In this document: positions 40,195 through 49,540 of the stretch, piece by piece
Position numbering within the stretch: position 1 is the first letter of the stretch
Layout: every line of letters starts with the position of its first letter
Origin: an uncultured Mollicutes bacterium
GTDB taxonomy: Bacteria; Bacillota_I; Bacilli_A; RFN20; CAG-826
Assembly: GCA_900542595.1 (NCBI GenBank)
Contig: UQOB01000002.1
Coordinates: forward strand, 1 to 53,577
Direction of reading: 5' to 3'
DNA: 53,577 nucleotides
Notes under the pieces: model-generated
The model's database searches: none
Told to the model about the DNA's origin: nothing
Seen by the model: only the letters and a program-made list of their open reading frames with translations
Program-made: the position numbers and the translations under genes

Positions 40195-43100
40195 AATTTA
40201 AGACGGATTTAAGAGTAGACCAACGGTTGGTTTCGTACTTCTGATTAAGGTCATACCAGACATCCCGGTGGTTATCTAATAACGGCATTCCGTTATAAGT
40301 CGAGCTTAAGAGGCTATCGAGATAGAGACTGTAGTAAAGAACAGTAGTGACTTCCACCGCATATTTACCATATCCATCGCCGATGAGACGGTCGAGGTCT
40401 CTTTGAAGAGTATCTAAATCGTCATTAGTGATGGTGATGATGCTCTTATTCGGCATTTTCTTAAGAGCCACATCGACTATCCGGTCAAGGTAACTCGCCA
40501 TCCATTCCGCGTCAGTAACGGTCATCGCGTCTTTCATAAAGTCAACGAAAGACATCTTGCCGTGGATGTGTTCAGGATTACTACACTGCTCGATCATTTC
40601 TAAACGATTCTTAAAAGGAACGATCACGTGAGAAGGTAAGTTCGCCGTATACACCCCGCTGACTAAGTAGGTGTAGTTCCGGTTAAACATACTGGTGAGA
40701 AGGTTACCCGCGATTGCTTGGGCGATGGTTCCATCATAATAGAGGCCTGTCGCATTCGCGCTTACGTTATTCAAGAGTAAGTTATGAAGGTTCTGCATCG
40801 CATCAGGACTACTATTAAAGAAATCAAAGTAATATCTCGGCGAATATTCACCCTTAGTAATTTGATTTTGGGTCATCGAAAGGACACCTAAGGAATCGTT
40901 AACCAAGAACTGCCCAATATCCGCAAGGTTGTCAAATAAATGTTTCATTTCGCGGTAATAAACGTCATGCCCATCGGCCGGGACAGTTTCCTTTTGATAA
41001 ACATCAGAGATACCGTTAAGAACATGTTCAATTGAGACATAATCATCACGTCTTAAGACATCACCCGAAACATTGAGATCAGCGTAGAAGGTTTTATCAA
41101 AATAATCCGCGAGATTAAGTTGAATCTGACGACTACTGCCGTAGCTCACACTTCCCGCTTGATTTAAGAGGTTATAAAGGAAGAGCGATTTAACTTGGAA
41201 AGTATTATCGGCCGCTTCGGTGATAACGTAAGAACCATTATCCCCTAACGCGTAATTTTCGCCTTCAAAGAAGCCGCCTTCATAGTTGATGAAATGGAGG
41301 AGGTTTCCAAGCCGGCTGGCTCCGGTTTCCGCGTTGCTAAACATTTCTTGGACTAAGTTTTCACTTAAGGCGGTGTAACTGTTAGTGCTATCGTCCCAGA
41401 GAACGTTGATGGCTAAAGTAATGGCTGGGATACCGCTATCTTGGTATTGTTGTTGGTTGAGTAAATAATTTGCCCCATTATGAGCTTGCCCATCGACAGT
41501 TAAAACAGTGTAATCATTGAACTTCAAGCTATTGTTCAGGAGCTTATCCGTTTCGTAGCCGACGGCTGGACTTACGATATCGAGAGCGTTAAATTTATAA
41601 AGCACATTAGAAAGAACCGTTGGGTTTAAAGTATTGAAGTTAATGGTGTCGAAATCTATCCCTTCCCCATATAAGTCTTGATTTAAAAGATAGCTGAAAA
41701 TCCCTTCTTCCGGATTGAATAAGTTATGGATTTCATCGGTCCATTTACCCGCGTGCATCGAGGCTAATGTCCCGTCTGACATCCCTTTGATTCGGCTATG
41801 GAGGTTAAGCTGATAAGTAGCGGCTTCGTCGATGGAAGCGTTGTACGCTCTTTGAGCGAGACCAGTCTTGTCATAAAGCATGTACATGACTTGTTCAAAG
41901 ACCGTCATATCGTCCGGTGCACCGAGCGAAGTGATGGTTGAGCTCGGATTTCTCGCTCCGGCCCCGTGGAAAACTTCACTTTCTAAAAGGCTATCGAAGA
42001 GGTTTTCAAAAACGCTTAAGTCATCGAGACTAATCGCCGTTCCAGTCGTGAAGTTACTGAAGAGAGTGCTGCTATCATAGATTAAATAAATGGCTCTACT
42101 TAAATTAGTGATTTCGCTAGCGGGATAGGCCGCTTCATAATCCGGATGGAGAGGATCCATATAATAAACGAAGAAAGAATTGGCTTGTTTTAAGTTGATG
42201 TCACTCGCTAAGAGGTCACTGTTATTAGCGATGGCGTCATCGATAATGTTCGGGAGCAAATCTTTCGTGAGTTCGCAATCATTGACCGCGCTCAATAAGG
42301 AGTTGATATCCGCTTCTTCTAAGGCGCTTAAATCACCATTAGTAATAGCACTTTCTAAAGTCGGATCAGCTAAGAGTTCAATGATGGATTTTAAGGAATC
42401 AGTTTCCCCGTTGATAATCGGTTCATTGATATCGGTGACAGTGAAGGCAGGAGAAATTTCTCCGAACAATTTTGTCGCGTAATACACTGCTTTTTCATTG
42501 CTATTAGTGTAATAGCCTTCACTTATCGCATGAGCATCTTTATCGCTATTTTCACTGAAGTAATACTTACCTAACGACGGGTTAGAGAAGATGAGTTGAT
42601 AGGTGTCTTGGAAAACCGTCATGCTTTTCCCTTCAATTTTCGAGTTGAAGATGTGGCTATTAGCTAAATAGCTTAAGAGGTTAGTGACTTGGCCAGAGGG
42701 GATATCAGCGAGTTGGAAGTTATTGAAATCTATCGTCCCCATCGTCATCGCTTCTTTAAAGATATAAGAAAGGGTGCGGATTTCGTCTTTCCCGTACGGG
42801 GCATCGCCATTATAGTGGACGTTCGCTAAGGTTAAATCGAGACCACTTAAGTTATTGCCAATGGTGGAAATCGCTTCATCGATCTTTAAAGGTAATGCTC
42901 GATAAAGGGTGGTACTGTTATTAATGGAGTCAAGGATATTTTCTAAGGTCACCCGGCTTTCTTCCGGATCCCCTTCAAAGAAATTAGCGATATCAAAATC
43001 CGCTAAATCAAGAGAAGCATTTTGCGCTTCTCTTAAGGCTCCTAAGATGTTATGGATTTCGTTGTCCCAGCAGACAAACCGATCATCAGCTGTTACTGCG

Positions 43101-46100
43101 GGTTTGGTAACTTCTTTGACGTAACCTTCAATTTCCGAAACCGGGGTGGTGCCGTAAATACCGCTTTCACTTAAGAGCGCCGCGTATTCTTTTTCAAAAG
43201 CGCTTAAGGTTTCAGTGGATCCCTCTTCAACCGTATTGAAAACATAGCTATTAGCGAAGCTGTTGAGGAAGGGCTCTAAGGTGTAATCGACATTGATTTC
43301 GGTGATGTTGAAATTCATATCGATGTTGCCGTTTTCATCGATGAAACCATAGACAGGGTCATGGATGACATCGACGATATTTATTAAGTTTTCAATTTCA
43401 TGAACAGTGACATCATTATCGGCGGTCCAGAGAATCTTATCATTGATGCCGCTGAAGCTTTCAAAGCCGTTTTTAGTGAGAGCGGTCGCCAGTTGACTGA
43501 AGGTATTCGGTATTAAAAGGTTATGGAAAATGGCGCTTTCGTTACTGCTTAAAAGTAAGTCTTCTAAGGAAGACGGGTTAATAGCGGACAAATCTAAATC
43601 CTCGGTCATATCGCCGAGTCCCTTGAGTTGGAAGGAATGGACGATGTCGACTAAAATATCCGCTTGATGCGGCCATTCTTCACGGGTGATGCTATTGATG
43701 TTATTTTCTAAGGTATTGTAGGTGGTTGCCCCTTCATCGCCGAGATACTTCGCAATCGATTTGTTTCCTTCCGCGTTATTGATAAATAAGTCGGAAATGA
43801 AACCATTAAATAAGTATTCATTATCTTCGGTGAGGAAGATGCTACTTTGCGATAAGGATTCAATGATGTTGCCCACCGCTTGAGCGTCGCTATTGAAGAC
43901 ATCGATGTTATTTAAATCACCAATTTCACCAGCGGATCTGATGATGATGTTGAGGTTCTTCCCTTCATCCGCCCAACTCTTGACGTTTTCAAAGCTGATG
44001 CGGCAATCGACATCTTTAAAGATATCCATGGTGAGAATCTTATCGTCGAGCATTCCGGCTAAGGCAATCTTCATAATGCCGGAGTTATCGACGCGGCTAA
44101 AGAGAGTTTCGAAGTTAATGCTTTCTAAGGCGCTGAAATCAAGAGTATCGCTATTGATGACGCTAAGGACGTCGCTATCAGCGACATCGACGAAGACATC
44201 GACGAAGCTACTGACTTCTAAGCTCGCATTGAAATCTGGACTCACAATATAGCTATGAATGCGGTCGGCGATTTCTTCATTGAATAAGTCTTTTACTAAG
44301 AAATCAAAGATCGATGCAAAGTTATAGTTCTTGACCCCATCGATTTCGCTATTTAATAGAGGATTAGTGGCAAAGAGAGTTAAGAAGGATTTTAAATCAT
44401 CGGAATAAGAGGCAAGTTCACTGACAAAGTTACTTAAAGAAGCGGAGTTACTTAAATCGGTAGAAATACCGCTCATCATAAAGGTGACAAAGTCTTGGCT
44501 TTGGTTATAGGTGACGATGATATCCGCTAAACTATTACCGATATCGAGATCAGGATCACTGAAGTCAAATTTCAAATCGAAATCTAAATCTTTTAATATT
44601 CCATTTTCACCGGTTAAAAGTTGATCGAAAGCCTGCGGCATGATGGTTCTGGCGATGACGGAATCATCCAGTTTTCTTAAAGCGGCGGTAAAGGCATCCA
44701 TCAAGCCTTCATCCGCTCCTAAATATTGACCGGTCGGATCAAAATAGAAGCCCGGCATCGTCTTGAGGTTAACAAAGAAATTCTTACCTTCAGGGACACT
44801 CACAAAAGCATTAATCACCCCGAATAAAGAATGGAATTCACTCTTCATCCGGCTAATTTGCCCGGTGAAATCCGTTTCGGTATCTTTCTTTAAAAGAGTA
44901 TTTCTAATTTCCGATAAATCGAGGTTAAAACTAAGCCCACCTTCCGAACCTTGGCCCATATCGCCTAAGAATTTATCGGCTAAATCAAGGATTTCGTTCC
45001 AGCCGTAGTTGATGAAAACGCTGTCGAGGAGACCGAGGTTTTCATAGGGATCAGCTGTTTCTTCCCCTTCTTCGGTTGTTTCAACTTGCGGCGCTGCCGC
45101 TACTTGTTTCCCGGTGAAAATCATCTCCGCTTCCGCTGGGTGATCAGCGATAAGTTCCAACAGTTTATCCATCCGGATAACGAGGCCCGCTTCATCTTGA
45201 GTGACAAATTGCACTAAGAAGGCTGGGTCAAGAGTGATGAACTTGATTAAGGAACTATAGACGAGCGAAACTTCATGTCCCCACTTCATATCCTTATATG
45301 TACCAGGGATATAATCCGGGTACCCATTATTATCGGCATCGATATCTTCCGGAAGAGGCGGGAAGAAACCGGCCGCATCAGAGAGACCAATTTGACTGCC
45401 TTCTATTGGCTGTTCTTTGGAAGCTTTGAAAGCGAGGTTTAAAGTCACCGCTTCGATCATCGTATCAAAGAACTTCATTTCTTCTTTATCTAATGATTCA
45501 AAGATATCGATAAAGGTCGTATAGAATTGATCTGATAAAGTCGTTTGAATGAGTTGATCGTTTTGAATTAAGTTACCTTGATCATCGGTCAATTCATCGA
45601 GGTAACCCGATTGAATGACGGAATCATAGATATCGATTAAATCATCGATGGTTGCGGTGTAATTGAAATCCTTCATGTAGTCGATTCCGGTGTCGACTTT
45701 CACATATTCCGCAATCATCGGGAGATTGACGGCAATCGTCACGGCGCTCGGAAGGATAGAAGAAACTAAAGAGCTATTGTTTAAGGCCCTTAAGGTTAAG
45801 GGAGCTAAGGACGATGTCACAAAGGAAATTAAGGCAGTTTCTTGGACCCCTGCTTTTCCGATGATACCGGATTGGACGATATAGTTTCCCGCTTCTACGA
45901 AATTAGAAAGTTCATTGAGGAAGCCCGCGGACACTCCACCGGTTTCAATATTGGTTAAGAAATCGATGAGAACAGTGTCAAACGTCTTTCCATCCGCGTT
46001 TCTCGACCAGTTAAAGAAAGCTTGAGCAAAGATTGATTCATCGTAGGTTTTTAAGAGTTGATCGAGGTCATTGTAGAAATCATTATCGACCGTTTTTAAC

Positions 46101-46777
46101 GTGACTTCTGAGTTCTCTTTAGCTTTATTCCACCCGCTGTTGACCCCATTAATAATCGAGGTCAGAGGGAAAATCGCTAAGGTTAAACAGACAAAACAGG
46201 TGACCGCATTTAAGAGCCCACCCATGAGTTTGCCTTTTTTGTAGCTGGCTTTTCTCTTGTTTTTCTTGATGAAGCGTTTGAAAGCCAAGTGCCACATAAT
46301 CCAAATAAATAAGGTTCCAAAGATGGCGATTAAGATGGCATCAGCAAAGAGCAAGATAATGGTGATTAAAGATAGGGCTAAAGAATAAGAGTAATTAACG
46401 AGATCCGCCGGGTTCATGTCGATATCCATGCCCCGTAGAATCTGATCAGCGACGGACGCAATAGTGTCGAGCGGCGTTGTCCAAGCGGCACTGACGTTGA
46501 TGGTGGTACCATCGACATTCAAACTGAAATTCAGAGCGGGTAAACCGAAACTCGAAATATCCATCGTTCCTACCATTTGGGCAAGAGGTCTCGCGGTTAA
46601 GAAAGCGAGAACGACAAACAAAGTGAAAAACACTAAACGATAGGTCGCATACCGCCAGCCCCGGAATAAGCCCCGGAGAAAGGCGAGAACTAACACGACG
46701 AAGAAGGCGATAAAAAGTCCTAGGAGTGTATAATCAAGTATCGATATAATATTGTCTAAGGTGGCCGCGTCAAACAT
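40181..46777 (-). CDS. giant (2198 aa) membrane-anchored acidic protein, function unknown; N-terminal CvpA-like 4-TM module
   Basis: An uninterrupted 6.6-kb ORF. The N-terminal ~210 aa have 4 hydrophobic helices, and the first two (LDYTLLGLFIAFFVVLVLAFLRGLFRGWRY...LVFFTLFVVLAFLTARPLAQMV) resemble the CvpA/colicin-V-production family pattern. The remaining ~1990 aa are visibly rich in D/N/S/L/F/I and poor in K/R. I recognise no domain or obvious internal repeat there. Confidence 0.8.
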   Translation of the reverse strand: MFDAATLDNIISILDYTLLGLFIAFFVVLVLAFLRGLFRGWRYATYRLVFFTLFVVLAFLTARPLAQMVGTMDISSFGLPALNFSLNVDGTTINVSAAWTTPLDTIASVADQILRGMDIDMNPADLVNYSYSLALSLITIILLFADAILIAIFGTLFIWIMWHLAFKRFIKKNKRKASYKKGKLMGGLLNAVTCFVCLTLAIFPLTSIINGVNSGWNKAKENSEVTLKTVDNDFYNDLDQLLKTYDESIFAQAFFNWSRNADGKTFDTVLIDFLTNIETGGVSAGFLNELSNFVEAGNYIVQSGIIGKAGVQETALISFVTSSLAPLTLRALNNSSLVSSILPSAVTIAVNLPMIAEYVKVDTGIDYMKDFNYTATIDDLIDIYDSVIQSGYLDELTDDQGNLIQNDQLIQTTLSDQFYTTFIDIFESLDKEEMKFFDTMIEAVTLNLAFKASKEQPIEGSQIGLSDAAGFFPPLPEDIDADNNGYPDYIPGTYKDMKWGHEVSLVYSSLIKFITLDPAFLVQFVTQDEAGLVIRMDKLLELIADHPAEAEMIFTGKQVAAAPQVETTEEGEETADPYENLGLLDSVFINYGWNEILDLADKFLGDMGQGSEGGLSFNLDLSEIRNTLLKKDTETDFTGQISRMKSEFHSLFGVINAFVSVPEGKNFFVNLKTMPGFYFDPTGQYLGADEGLMDAFTAALRKLDDSVIARTIMPQAFDQLLTGENGILKDLDFDLKFDFSDPDLDIGNSLADIIVTYNQSQDFVTFMMSGISTDLSNSASLSNFVSELASYSDDLKSFLTLFATNPLLNSEIDGVKNYNFASIFDFLVKDLFNEEIADRIHSYIVSPDFNASLEVSSFVDVFVDVADSDVLSVINSDTLDFSALESINFETLFSRVDNSGIMKIALAGMLDDKILTMDIFKDVDCRISFENVKSWADEGKNLNIIIRSAGEIGDLNNIDVFNSDAQAVGNIIESLSQSSIFLTEDNEYLFNGFISDLFINNAEGNKSIAKYLGDEGATTYNTLENNINSITREEWPHQADILVDIVHSFQLKGLGDMTEDLDLSAINPSSLEDLLLSSNESAIFHNLLIPNTFSQLATALTKNGFESFSGINDKILWTADNDVTVHEIENLINIVDVIHDPVYGFIDENGNIDMNFNITEINVDYTLEPFLNSFANSYVFNTVEEGSTETLSAFEKEYAALLSESGIYGTTPVSEIEGYVKEVTKPAVTADDRFVCWDNEIHNILGALREAQNASLDLADFDIANFFEGDPEESRVTLENILDSINNSTTLYRALPLKIDEAISTIGNNLSGLDLTLANVHYNGDAPYGKDEIRTLSYIFKEAMTMGTIDFNNFQLADIPSGQVTNLLSYLANSHIFNSKIEGKSMTVFQDTYQLIFSNPSLGKYYFSENSDKDAHAISEGYYTNSNEKAVYYATKLFGEISPAFTVTDINEPIINGETDSLKSIIELLADPTLESAITNGDLSALEEADINSLLSAVNDCELTKDLLPNIIDDAIANNSDLLASDINLKQANSFFVYYMDPLHPDYEAAYPASEITNLSRAIYLIYDSSTLFSNFTTGTAISLDDLSVFENLFDSLLESEVFHGAGARNPSSTITSLGAPDDMTVFEQVMYMLYDKTGLAQRAYNASIDEAATYQLNLHSRIKGMSDGTLASMHAGKWTDEIHNLFNPEEGIFSYLLNQDLYGEGIDFDTINFNTLNPTVLSNVLYKFNALDIVSPAVGYETDKLLNNSLKFNDYTVLTVDGQAHNGANYLLNQQQYQDSGIPAITLAINVLWDDSTNSYTALSENLVQEMFSNAETGASRLGNLLHFINYEGGFFEGENYALGDNGSYVITEAADNTFQVKSLFLYNLLNQAGSVSYGSSRQIQLNLADYFDKTFYADLNVSGDVLRRDDYVSIEHVLNGISDVYQKETVPADGHDVYYREMKHLFDNLADIGQFLVNDSLGVLSMTQNQITKGEYSPRYYFDFFNSSPDAMQNLHNLLLNNVSANATGLYYDGTIAQAIAGNLLTSMFNRNYTYLVSGVYTANLPSHVIVPFKNRLEMIEQCSNPEHIHGKMSFVDFMKDAMTVTDAEWMASYLDRIVDVALKKMPNKSIITITNDDLDTLQRDLDRLIGDGYGKYAVEVTTVLYYSLYLDSLLSSTYNGMPLLDNHRDVWYDLNQKYETNRWSTLKSVLNYELS

Positions 46778-46783
46778 GTTAAT

Positions 46784-46818
46784 ATTTTGGCGGAAAACCT
46801 TCTAATTTTCAATTAGAA
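46784..46818 (-). promoter_or_regulatory. candidate promoter of the giant gene (TTGAAA-17-CAAAAT-6-ATG) overlapped by a perfect 8-3-8 palindrome
   Basis: On the minus strand: -35 TTGAAA (46807-46812), -10 CAAAAT (46784-46789), ATG at 46777, and no SD. The palindrome TTCTAATT-TTC-AATTAGAA spans 46800-46818 in the 54-nt divergent intergenic region. Confidence 0.3.
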
Positions 46819-46831
46819 AACACAAGAAAAC

Positions 46832-47683
46832 ATGAATATTTGGCAACGATTTGTAAAGAAAAAATGTGAAAAATGTGAGAAAGAGTATGATCCCTTAGAA
46901 AAAACTTGCCCTTTTTGCCATGAAATAAATCCTATCAGCCAAAAAGGTGATAGGGCTCTCGCGGTTTTAGATTGGAAAAAAGAAGTTGGATTATTCGGTG
47001 TTGGAACTTTAGGCTTCTACATTTTCGGCTTACTTCTCTCTTTAATAATTACGTCGATTGCCCAGAATGTTCTCTATGAAGCTGGCTTCACTGGAGCATC
47101 TTTAACCGCGGGTTTAAATGACTATATTTCTAGCGCCTCCTACACGATTCTCGTTAACTATTTGGTCTATCTTTTAATGCTGATCACCGATTTCTTCTTG
47201 ATTGGAAAATGCCTGCATAAAGTCTTTGATTCCTTTAAAAATTCAAAATTTGCCTTTGGTTTTGCTATCGGTATTGTGATTTTTGGAGTTTCAATGCTCT
47301 TAACTTATCTCTTAAGTTTTGCCGGTACTCACACCAGCGATAACCAAGTGATCATTGAGCAAGCTTCTAGCCAATATGCATTACTAACTGCGATATTGAC
47401 CATCGTCATAGCACCTCTCGTTGAAGAGCTCACTTACCGGGTTGGTCTCTTCACTGTTTTAAAACGGATCAATGTTTATTTTGCTTATGCGGCGGTCGCG
47501 ATTATCTTCGGCTTAATGCATATGAAGAACTTCGCGAGCCTCAACGAATGGTTGAATGTCATCGTCTATATGGTCGGTGGTCTTGGCTTAACTTTCGCTT
47601 ACCACCACTTCGGCTTTGCCGGAAGTTTTGCGGCTCATCTGACTTATAACTTAATCGGCACTATCTGGAACGCTTTAGCTTAA
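46832..47683 (+). CDS. CPBP-family (CAAX/Abi) intramembrane glutamic protease with an N-terminal zinc ribbon
   Basis: 283 aa. Zinc ribbon CEKCEKEYDPLEKTCPFCHE. CPBP motifs VEELTYR, FGLMHM, AAHLTYN. Confidence 0.8.
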   Translation: MNIWQRFVKKKCEKCEKEYDPLEKTCPFCHEINPISQKGDRALAVLDWKKEVGLFGVGTLGFYIFGLLLSLIITSIAQNVLYEAGFTGASLTAGLNDYISSASYTILVNYLVYLLMLITDFFLIGKCLHKVFDSFKNSKFAFGFAIGIVIFGVSMLLTYLLSFAGTHTSDNQVIIEQASSQYALLTAILTIVIAPLVEELTYRVGLFTVLKRINVYFAYAAVAIIFGLMHMKNFASLNEWLNVIVYMVGGLGLTFAYHHFGFAGSFAAHLTYNLIGTIWNALA

Positions 47684-47692
47684 GGAGAACAA

Positions 47693-48571
47693 ATGAAAAA
47701 ACATCTATATCTGAATGAAAGCCTCCTCAAAATCTTCGGCATCGTCTTCATGACCTTCGACCATATCGGGGCTTACATCATCTCAAGCGGTGTCGCTCCC
47801 GATAATAGCCCGCTCTACTGGACCGCTTACGTCTTTCGAATCATCGGTCGTTTAGCTCTTCCCCTCTTCCTCTTCTTCTTAGCGGAAGGGATGAGAAAAA
47901 GTCATGATCGAGCTAATTATCTCTTAAGATTAGCGTTGATTTGGGCCCCTATCTTAATTGTCGACCTCATCCTTTATTATTTAAGTCCCTCGCTCAGCCA
48001 AGCTCAGGCTTTCACGGACCTCTTAGTCTGCGGTCTCTTTGTCTTTTTCTTAGAGAAGAAAGGATGGATGAAAGCGTTAGCGGCGATTCCTGCTATTTAT
48101 GTTGGTTTAAGTTTCGCTGCTAATACTTATGAGATGGTGACTCAAACGGCCACTTGGACAGTTTATTTCCCCCTCTTCCTCCGAGCGGACTATTCGCTTT
48201 ACGGCTTCCTCATCTTCCTCGGCTTCTACTACGCTTACCCCATCATCGACAAATGGTTAAAAGGCAATGTTCTTTTAGGAGGAAAAACTTTAGAAGAATA
48301 TAAAGAAACCCCAGATTACCGGTGGACAATCAACATTTTTAACTTCACGATTTTCGTTGTCATCAACGTTGTTTTCTGGACTATCTACCGCTTCTTACCG
48401 GCCGCCGATTACTTAAATATGGGGATCCAAACCTATAGTATTTTGGCCGGTCTCTTCCTGCTATTTTACAATGGTAAAAGAGGCTACGACAAAAAGTGGT
48501 TCCGCTATTTCACCTATTTATATTACCCGGTGCATATAGCTTTAATTGCCTTAATCTTTTGGCTAATATAG
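47693..48571 (+). CDS. TraX-family membrane protein
   Basis: 292 aa, polytopic. N-terminal LKIFGIVFMTFDHIG is typical of TraX. AAGGAG lies 5 nt upstream of the ATG. Confidence 0.72.
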   Translation: MKKHLYLNESLLKIFGIVFMTFDHIGAYIISSGVAPDNSPLYWTAYVFRIIGRLALPLFLFFLAEGMRKSHDRANYLLRLALIWAPILIVDLILYYLSPSLSQAQAFTDLLVCGLFVFFLEKKGWMKALAAIPAIYVGLSFAANTYEMVTQTATWTVYFPLFLRADYSLYGFLIFLGFYYAYPIIDKWLKGNVLLGGKTLEEYKETPDYRWTINIFNFTIFVVINVVFWTIYRFLPAADYLNMGIQTYSILAGLFLLFYNGKRGYDKKWFRYFTYLYYPVHIALIALIFWLI

Positions 48572-48592
48572 GTTTCGTCAGGAGGTCAAATA

Positions 48593-48901
48593 ATGATTAA
48601 ACACATTCACGACAAAAACGAATTCTTAAAAGAAATTGCCGACAATGATAAAGTCCTCGTCGATTTCTTCGCCACTTGGTGCGGACCGTGCCAAATGCTT
48701 ACTCCGGTAGTTGAAAAGGTCAGCAAAGATTGCCCGGAACTCTTAGTCATCAAGGTCGATGTCGACCAAGCCCCCGAACTCGCGGCGATGTACACCATCT
48801 TCAGTGTCCCGACCCTTCAATACTTTGAAAAGGGCAAACTCGTCAGGCAAGAAGCGGGCTATCGTCCTGAAGCATCCTTACTAAAATTTGTTAATCTTTA
48901 A
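48593..48901 (+). CDS. trxA: thioredoxin
   Basis: 102 aa. Active site FFATWCGPCQML. AGGAGG upstream. Confidence 0.93.
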   Translation: MIKHIHDKNEFLKEIADNDKVLVDFFATWCGPCQMLTPVVEKVSKDCPELLVIKVDVDQAPELAAMYTIFSVPTLQYFEKGKLVRQEAGYRPEASLLKFVNL

Positions 48902-48908
48902 TGAAGAG

Positions 48909-48934
48909 CGCTGCTGAGGCAGCGTTTTTCTTTT
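48909..48934 (+). terminator. rho-independent terminator after trxA
   Basis: CGCTGC (48909-48914), loop TGAG, GCAGCG (48919-48924), then TTTTTCTTTT. Confidence 0.7.
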
Positions 48935-49048
48935 GTTAAAATTTATAAATTAAAAAAAGGAACGAGGTTTTACAAAGATATATTGGTTTTATCTTTCACC
49001 GGTTTCTTATCTTTTAAGCCTTCTGACCTATTTTCACATAAAAAACTA

Positions 49049-49077
49049 TTTATTGCCCCTGCGGTTTATGATATATT
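49049..49077 (+). promoter_or_regulatory. candidate tRNA promoter with an extended -10 (TGATATATT)
   Basis: TG at 49069-49070, TATATT at 49072-49077, and a weak -35 TTTATT at 49049-49054 (17-nt spacer). tRNA-Asp starts at 49101. Confidence 0.4.
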
Positions 49078-49100
49078 CTTTATCGCTCACTAGAGCCCAT

Positions 49101-49177
49101 GGACCATTGGTGTAGCGGTCTAGCATATCTCCCTGTCACGGAGAAGATCACGGGTTCGAATCCCGTATGGTCCGCCA
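49101..49177 (+). tRNA. tRNA-Asp (anticodon GTC), CCA encoded
   Basis: Hand-folded cloverleaf: acceptor GGACCAT/ATGGTCC, anticodon arm TCTCC-CTGTCAC-GGAGA, T arm ACGGG-TTCGAAT-CCCGT, then G-CCA. Confidence 0.93.
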
Positions 49178-49180
49178 ATT

Positions 49181-49254
49181 GCAGACATAGTTCAGTGGTA
49201 GAACATTAGCCTTCCAAGCTAATTATGCGGGTTCGATTCCCGTTGTCTGCTCCA
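49181..49254 (+). tRNA. tRNA-Gly (anticodon TCC), CCA encoded
   Basis: Acceptor GCAGACA/TGTCTGC, D arm GTTC-AGTGGTA-GAAC, anticodon arm TTAGC-CTTCCAA-GCTAA, T loop TTCGATT, then T-CCA. Confidence 0.93.
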
Positions 49255-49265
49255 CTTCAAAATTC

Positions 49266-49296
49266 ATCGTGATGCGTTGAGTATCGCGATTTTTTC
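49266..49296 (+). terminator. rho-independent terminator after the tRNA pair
   Basis: ATCGTGAT (49266-49273) pairs with ATCGCGAT (49283-49290) with one G-U pair and a 9-nt loop, followed by TTTTTT. Confidence 0.6.
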
Positions 49297-49370
49297 TTAA
49301 AAAAGACCTATTAAATAATTCGATATATTTTTTCTTTAATGTCAATAATCGCCATTATCGTGTAACATCA

Positions 49371-49500
49371 CCTTAACGGAAGATAGGTACGTGGATGCGA
49401 TTGACTTCGACTGCGCTGCCGCTGGCTATAGTGACGGGACCTGCACGGCGAAAGTTATCGACATCGGAACCACCAATTATACGGGTCCCCAAGCTTAAGC
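49371..49500 (+). other. GC-rich ORF-less island (candidate small RNA, leader, or gene remnant)
   Basis: By hand count, 49391-49490 is 57/100 G+C while 49291-49360 is 15/70. Both strands are open across it, but neither has an ATG plus SD. An 8-bp helix 49436-49443/49482-49489 (GGGACCTG/CGGGTCCC) is possible. A strong terminator follows. Confidence 0.3.
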
Positions 49501-49514
49501 AATAAAAAGCAAAG

Positions 49515-49540
49515 AAAGCCGGTTATTCCGGCTTTTTTTG
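49515..49540 (+). terminator. rho-independent terminator 23 nt upstream of rdgB
   Basis: AGCCGG (49517-49522), loop TTATT, CCGGCT (49528-49533), then a run of 7 T. Confidence 0.75.

Noticed and set aside
41880-45884. Nine plus-strand ORFs of 64-119 aa inside the giant gene (for example 42180..42482 and 43893..44252)
   Set aside because: All are antisense to the uninterrupted 2198-aa ORF. Their S/K/L-rich low-complexity translations are typical of the reverse complement of acidic coding sequence, and none has an SD.
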